Below are positions 59,879-64,000 of a stretch of DNA of 64,000 nucleotides, in pieces. Under the pieces are notes generated by a model. The model saw only the letters and a program-made list of their open reading frames with translations. It did no database searches and was not told where the DNA came from. Each line of letters starts with the position of its first letter. The first letter of the stretch is position 1. Source of the stretch: Candidatus Nanohaloarchaea archaeon (GTDB lineage: Archaea; Nanohalarchaeota; Nanosalinia; Nanosalinales; Nanosalinaceae); contig JBDGSN010000007.1 in assembly GCA_042217505.1 (NCBI GenBank), positions 2,700 to 66,699 on the forward strand, read 5' to 3'. The translations under genes were made by a program, and so were the position numbers.

Positions 59879-60430
59879 CTATCGGATGGCAGGATACACT
59901 TTTCCATCGACATCTTGTTCGATGCCTGTCTCCGGGAACCGTTTTCCATGCTCTAAACTGTGCCATCCATCGTTCAGTTCGGGTATCTCTGCCAGCATAT
60001 CCTCCACCTGGCTGTAGCACAGACCGTTCAACTCGCCTGCGACATATACCGTAGATCCTTTTTCTAAAATCGAGAGTGCATCAGCCAGGTTTTCTCTGCC
60101 TTCTCCACCCGGCCATCCTGAGCCATCGACTGTTGTGATGTGAAAATCTGCTTCTCCGAAAAGATCTCCAAGATATTTTTCTGCATCACCGGTTTTCCTT
60201 TCCTCCATGAATGCGATCTTTGTACCTGATTCTGATTGAGAGTCAAGCTCTACTCTCAAATCATCGGTGTATTCCTGGTAGTCCTGTTCGGAAAGACCTA
60301 CCCTCTTCTACAGATCGTTGTTGAGGGAGTGTCCGGGATAGACCAGTATGTAAAGCTCATTGTACCCGCCTTCCTTCTCTATGAAAGAATCGACGGCATG
60401 TGCCTGTATCTTCGGTTTCAAACTCGGCAA
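59879..60430 (-). pseudogene. ORF with an in-frame TAG at codon 41 (60310-60308); nonsense-disrupted gene or two short ORFs
   Basis: AGGAGG, 9 nt, then TTG (60430) opens MPSLKPKIQAHAVDSFIEKEGGYNELYILVYPGHSLNNDL-TAG-KRVGLSEQDYQEYTDDLRVELDSQ..., continuing into the track ORF 59879-60259 in the same frame. Confidence 0.35.
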
Positions 60431-60445
60431 AGTATGTTGCCTCCT

Positions 60446-61204
60446 TCACTGACCGAATTGTTCTTCGACCTTCCTCTTCGAAAGCAGTATGTAATCACGG
60501 CTCTCCGTGAATATCTCCATACATGCAGTACCCTCGAACTCTCCAAGTGCGTCTGAGACGCCTTCGAAATCGATCTCTGAGCTCCCGATCGGCAGGTGAA
60601 GGTCTTTGCCTTCACGGGTATCCTGAAGATGAAGGTGTGATATGTTGTGACCAAACTCTTTGAGGAAAAGCTCCATATCCTCCTTTCCCATACTGGAGAA
60701 GCCGTGTCCTGTATCGAAACACATCGAAATATTGAGTTCTTCAAGCATCTCCGCCAGTTCAAAGTTGTTGATGAAAGTCGGTACCGGATCAGGCATGTTC
60801 TCGACACACAGCTCGATATCTCTTTCATCGCAAGCTCTATCAAGATGGCTTAACTGCTTTTTCAAGTCCTCTGTCATATCAGTTTCTTCCCCGTAACGGA
60901 TGTTAGGGTGCAGAACAACTTTTTCGGCGTCGAACTCTACAGCTTTCTCCACTATACGGGTCAAATAATCTATCTCAGCCTGGTTGAACTCTTTTACCGT
61001 GGTGACGATCGGCTGTCTGAAAGGAAGATGTACTGTTACATCAAGATCCTTCTCCTCCAAGATCTTGTTGATAGCTTCGACATCGATCTCTCCGGGAGGG
61101 TTCTCCATCTCCCCCAGAGGGAACTCGATGAAGTCGAGCTCATCAGGTATCTCCTCGAAATCTTTTACTTCAAGACTTTTTCCGAGCGATCCACCGATCC
61201 TCAT
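60446..61204 (-). CDS. xylose isomerase-like TIM-barrel protein (sugar phosphate isomerase/epimerase family)
   Basis: VVLHPN, LCVENM, MCFDTGH, HLHLQDT...DLHLPIGSSEIDF, CMEIF. 4-nt overlap with the ValRS stop. Confidence 0.85.
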   Translation of the reverse strand: MRIGGSLGKSLEVKDFEEIPDELDFIEFPLGEMENPPGEIDVEAINKILEEKDLDVTVHLPFRQPIVTTVKEFNQAEIDYLTRIVEKAVEFDAEKVVLHPNIRYGEETDMTEDLKKQLSHLDRACDERDIELCVENMPDPVPTFINNFELAEMLEELNISMCFDTGHGFSSMGKEDMELFLKEFGHNISHLHLQDTREGKDLHLPIGSSEIDFEGVSDALGEFEGTACMEIFTESRDYILLSKRKVEEQFGQ

Positions 61205-63801
61205 CGGTCCTTCACCACGATGATAGCGTTCTCGGTTTCGATCATCTCTCCTTCACCCGTGAAGGTCCTCTCTTCTCTTACCTCGAACATCTCAGGTTCA
61301 AGATGTTCTCCAGCCACTTCAAGGTGTCCGGCATCGATGTTCCACTCGTTGTTCTCAAGAGATTCCTCGATCTCGGAGATCCTGTTGCCGTACTCTGGAC
61401 CGGCCTTTGAGTAGTCGAGCTTGATCTCGACGATCTTGTCCTCAGTCTCAGGTTCTCCATCACGGGAGGAGAGATCGTAGACATGCATTGCATCCTTGAT
61501 TGCGCTTTCAAAGCCTTCGATGTTTCCAAAGACTTTGACCTCTTCAAGCTCTTCGTTTAAAGCCATACGGTTCTGATTCTTGTAAGTCCTAAGAGCTGAG
61601 ATGACTTCCATCGCTGTCTCACCGGCTTCAAGATCGGCCTCGACTCCTGTCGCTTCAGGCCATCTGCTGGTGTGGATAGAGTTCTCGCCGTACATCTGGT
61701 CCCAGAGCTCCTCAGTTATGTGGACGAGGAAAGGAGCGAACAGTTTCAAGAATCTTTTATGAACCTCCTTCAATGCGTACTTCGCCGAGTTGTTGTCCTC
61801 CGAGTCAAGCCTCTGCTTCGTTATCTCAAGATAGTTGTCGCAGAACGTGTTCCAGAACCTGTGTCGAAGCTCGTCTCTAGCCTTCGAGAACTCGTATTCG
61901 CTCATCTTCTCTGTCATGAACTCTGTAAGATCGTCGACTTCGGCGAGCATCCATCGGTCGATCTCTTCGAGTTCATCCTCATCGATATCAGGTTTTTCCT
62001 CTGCCAGCATATCAACTAGCTTGGAAGCGTTCCACAGCTTTCTCAACAGCTTCTCTCCTGCGACCAGTTCTTTCTCCTTGAACGGGAAGTCATCTCCTAC
62101 GCTTGAACCGGCGGCCCAGTAACGTGCCGCGTCAACCGGGAACTTTTCGAGTACTTCTGCCGGTGCGACGACGTTGCCTTTCGACTTGGACATCTTCTGC
62201 CTGTTCTCATCCAGGACGTGACCGTGGTTCATAACTGTCTTGAAAGGAGCCTCTCCGGTGTGTTCGACCGATTTGACAACGGTGTGGAACAGCCAGAAAG
62301 TGATTATATCGTGGCCCTCCGGTCTCAGGTTGAATGGATAGAGCTCCTCTCGGTCCATAGTGAACTCTTCCTCATCCTGATCCCAGTCCCAGCCGGCGTT
62401 GACCAGCGGTGTAAGGGAGGAGGTCGCCCATGTATCGAATACATCCTCTTCTGGTTCCAACTCTGTGTGTCCACATTCAGGGCATTCATTTACAGGAGGC
62501 TTATCCTCGATCGGATCCACTGGAAGCGATTCCTTCTCAGCTATGATCTCCTCACCACATTCTTCACAGTACCAGACAGGGAACGGTATCCCGGAGTCTC
62601 TCTGACGTGAGATACACCAGTCCCACTGGAGTCCTTCTATCCAGTTCTTGTAACGTGTAAACATCTTCTCCGGCTGCCAGTCCATCTGTCTACCGGCTTC
62701 CAGGTATTTTCCCTTGTGGTCGAGTACTTCGACGTACCACTGCTTTGTGACCATGAACTCGATATCGGTTCCACATCTCTCGTGGACCTGAACGGTGTGA
62801 GTGATATCTCTCCTTTCGACCAGGTAATCGTTTGATTCAAGGTCCTCTACTATCTTTTCACGTGCTTCCTTGGTGGAAAGTCCTTCGTATCCTTCTGCGA
62901 GATCTGTCATGGTGCCGTCCTCGCTGATAGCTATCCGTAGATCGAGGTCGTATGCCTGGTACCACTCGATATCTGTCTGGTCACCGAAGGTACAGGTCAT
63001 GACGACTCCGGTACCGGTCTCAGGATCGACTCTCTCGTCCTCTATTATAGGGACCTCGTAGTCGAAGAGAGGCACTCTGACTTCTTCACCTGCGAGAGGA
63101 GCGTTAGCCTCGTCATCAGGATGAACGATTATACCGACACACGCCGGTAGAAGCTCTGGTCTTGTCGTCGAGATGGTGATGGAGCCGTTTCCGGACGCCA
63201 GTGGAAAATCGATATCGTTGAAGTGCGACGGTCTTTCAGCGTCCTCTGTTTCAACCTGGCTGATAGCTGTCTCACATTCCGGACACCAGATAGCCGGTGC
63301 TTTCTGACGGTACTCCCGTCCTTTCTCGTATAGATCTATGAACGATAGCTGGCTGATCCGCTGTACACGAGGCTCGATCGTCTTGTAAGTATTTGTCCAG
63401 TCATGGCTTATCCCCAGTGACTGCATGTTCTCCGTGAACTGCTCCTCGTAGTCCTTGCAGACTTTCCGGCACTTCTCCTGGAAATCTCTGCGGGAGAAAT
63501 CCTGGTGTCGGATATCCAGTTCTTTTTCAGTAAGTCTTTCGGAGGCGATACCGTTGTCATCGTATCCGAACGGCATGAAAACTTTTTTGCCGCTCATCCT
63601 CTGGAACCGTGCCATGAAGTCCTGAAGTGTCTGGCCGTATAGATGGCCCATGTGGAGGCTGCCTGACACGGTTGGAGGAGGTGTATCTATAGAGAATACC
63701 TCGTCACTGTCGTCCGTGCCGTGGTATTTGTAGGTCTGGTTGTCAACCCATTTTTCCTGCCATTTTGATTCAACTTCTTCCGGTGAGTAATCGCCTTCCA
63801 T
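61201..63801 (-). CDS. valS: valyl-tRNA synthetase
   Basis: IDTPPPTVSGSLHMGH (HIGH region of the ValRS type) and KMSKSKGN. 866 aa, with zinc motifs CPECE and CEECG...CPECG. Confidence 0.9.
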   Translation of the reverse strand: MEGDYSPEEVESKWQEKWVDNQTYKYHGTDDSDEVFSIDTPPPTVSGSLHMGHLYGQTLQDFMARFQRMSGKKVFMPFGYDDNGIASERLTEKELDIRHQDFSRRDFQEKCRKVCKDYEEQFTENMQSLGISHDWTNTYKTIEPRVQRISQLSFIDLYEKGREYRQKAPAIWCPECETAISQVETEDAERPSHFNDIDFPLASGNGSITISTTRPELLPACVGIIVHPDDEANAPLAGEEVRVPLFDYEVPIIEDERVDPETGTGVVMTCTFGDQTDIEWYQAYDLDLRIAISEDGTMTDLAEGYEGLSTKEAREKIVEDLESNDYLVERRDITHTVQVHERCGTDIEFMVTKQWYVEVLDHKGKYLEAGRQMDWQPEKMFTRYKNWIEGLQWDWCISRQRDSGIPFPVWYCEECGEEIIAEKESLPVDPIEDKPPVNECPECGHTELEPEEDVFDTWATSSLTPLVNAGWDWDQDEEEFTMDREELYPFNLRPEGHDIITFWLFHTVVKSVEHTGEAPFKTVMNHGHVLDENRQKMSKSKGNVVAPAEVLEKFPVDAARYWAAGSSVGDDFPFKEKELVAGEKLLRKLWNASKLVDMLAEEKPDIDEDELEEIDRWMLAEVDDLTEFMTEKMSEYEFSKARDELRHRFWNTFCDNYLEITKQRLDSEDNNSAKYALKEVHKRFLKLFAPFLVHITEELWDQMYGENSIHTSRWPEATGVEADLEAGETAMEVISALRTYKNQNRMALNEELEEVKVFGNIEGFESAIKDAMHVYDLSSRDGEPETEDKIVEIKLDYSKAGPEYGNRISEIEESLENNEWNIDAGHLEVAGEHLEPEMFEVREERTFTGEGEMIETENAIIVVKDR

Positions 63802-63886
63802 CGTTTTATTCAGCCTCCTGCAAAAACAGTCTCTTGGTACTCTTAAATTCCTTTTTCAGCTTTCGATTTGGTTTTAACAGATATAC

Positions 63887-64000
63887 ATGGATATGGCTGG
63901 CTGTTTTTTTGATGTCAATGTTTTAACACGGGGTGTACTTCTGATGGAGTTTGTCCGGCTTAGAAGGGCGAATAAGGCATTATATGCGGGAGGGTGCATC
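63887..64000 (+). CDS. possible 5' end of an ORF running off the right edge
   Basis: ATG at 63887 opens MDMAGCFFDVNVLTRGVLLMEFVRLRRANKALYAGGCI, open to the window end. FFDVNVL is faintly PIN-like. Very weak. Confidence 0.2.
   Translation, partial: MDMAGCFFDVNVLTRGVLLMEFVRLRRANKALYAGGCI

Noticed and set aside
60308-60310. In-frame TAG as pyrrolysine or a reassigned codon
   Set aside because: TAG is used as an ordinary stop by several confident genes here (Sm at 272-274, S8e at 1033-1035, TFB at 29737-29739). No pyl genes are visible in the window.
1-64000. Search by eye for tRNA, rRNA, CRISPR repeats, C/D-box sRNAs, IS elements and long repeats
   Set aside because: I found no cloverleaf-like sequence, no regularly spaced direct repeats, no RUGAUGA...CUGA pairs in the larger spacers and no terminal inverted repeats. 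tRNAscan, Infernal and a self-dot-plot would be needed to be sure.

Overview
This window looks like a very compact archaeal chromosome segment. It holds roughly 75 protein genes on both strands, with tiny intergenic spacers and many abutting or overlapping starts and stops. By eye I found no rRNA, tRNA, CRISPR array, transposase or integrase. All calls below come from reading the translations and the DNA; no database search was run.

The predicted proteins are strongly acidic, as in halophiles, and the gene set is core archaeal. It includes Sm-L37e, S8e, Orc1/Cdc6, a DRG GTPase, aIF2-beta, RPA-like OB-fold proteins, MCM, TBP, RNase P Pop5 and Rpp30, and L15e. It also includes ATP-dependent DNA ligase, Elp3, archaeal adenylate kinase, CCA-adding enzyme, aIF5A, histone, Nob1, TFB and Trm1. 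A complete A1Ao ATP synthase operon (H-I-K-E-C-F-A-B-D) is present, along with archaeal SAM synthetase, dCTP deaminase, Ogt, aRF1 and ValRS. My inference is a small-genome halophilic archaeon, possibly nanohaloarchaeal or DPANN-like. That is a guess.

Promoters use a palindromic GTTTATAAAC TATA element. Many first genes appear to be leaderless, and internal operon genes use GGTGA(T) Shine-Dalgarno sites.

The items most worth a second look are:
1. A translationally coupled pair of large orphan ORFs (543 aa and 868 aa, 43729-47968). The second looks like a metal-dependent TIM barrel split by a roughly 400-aa acidic insertion. The pair is divergently paired with a Q/N/G/S-rich disordered protein.
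2. A tandem 9-bp element, TA[GC]CGGAAC, placed at a fixed distance upstream of the TATA box of orc1/cdc6 and of two unannotated small-protein genes.
3. Two LAGLIDADG inteins inserted exactly at catalytic motifs: after GGQ in aRF1 and after KYDGVR in DNA ligase.
4. An eRF1 middle-domain paralogue (Vms1/VLRF1-like).
5. Two apparently disrupted genes.
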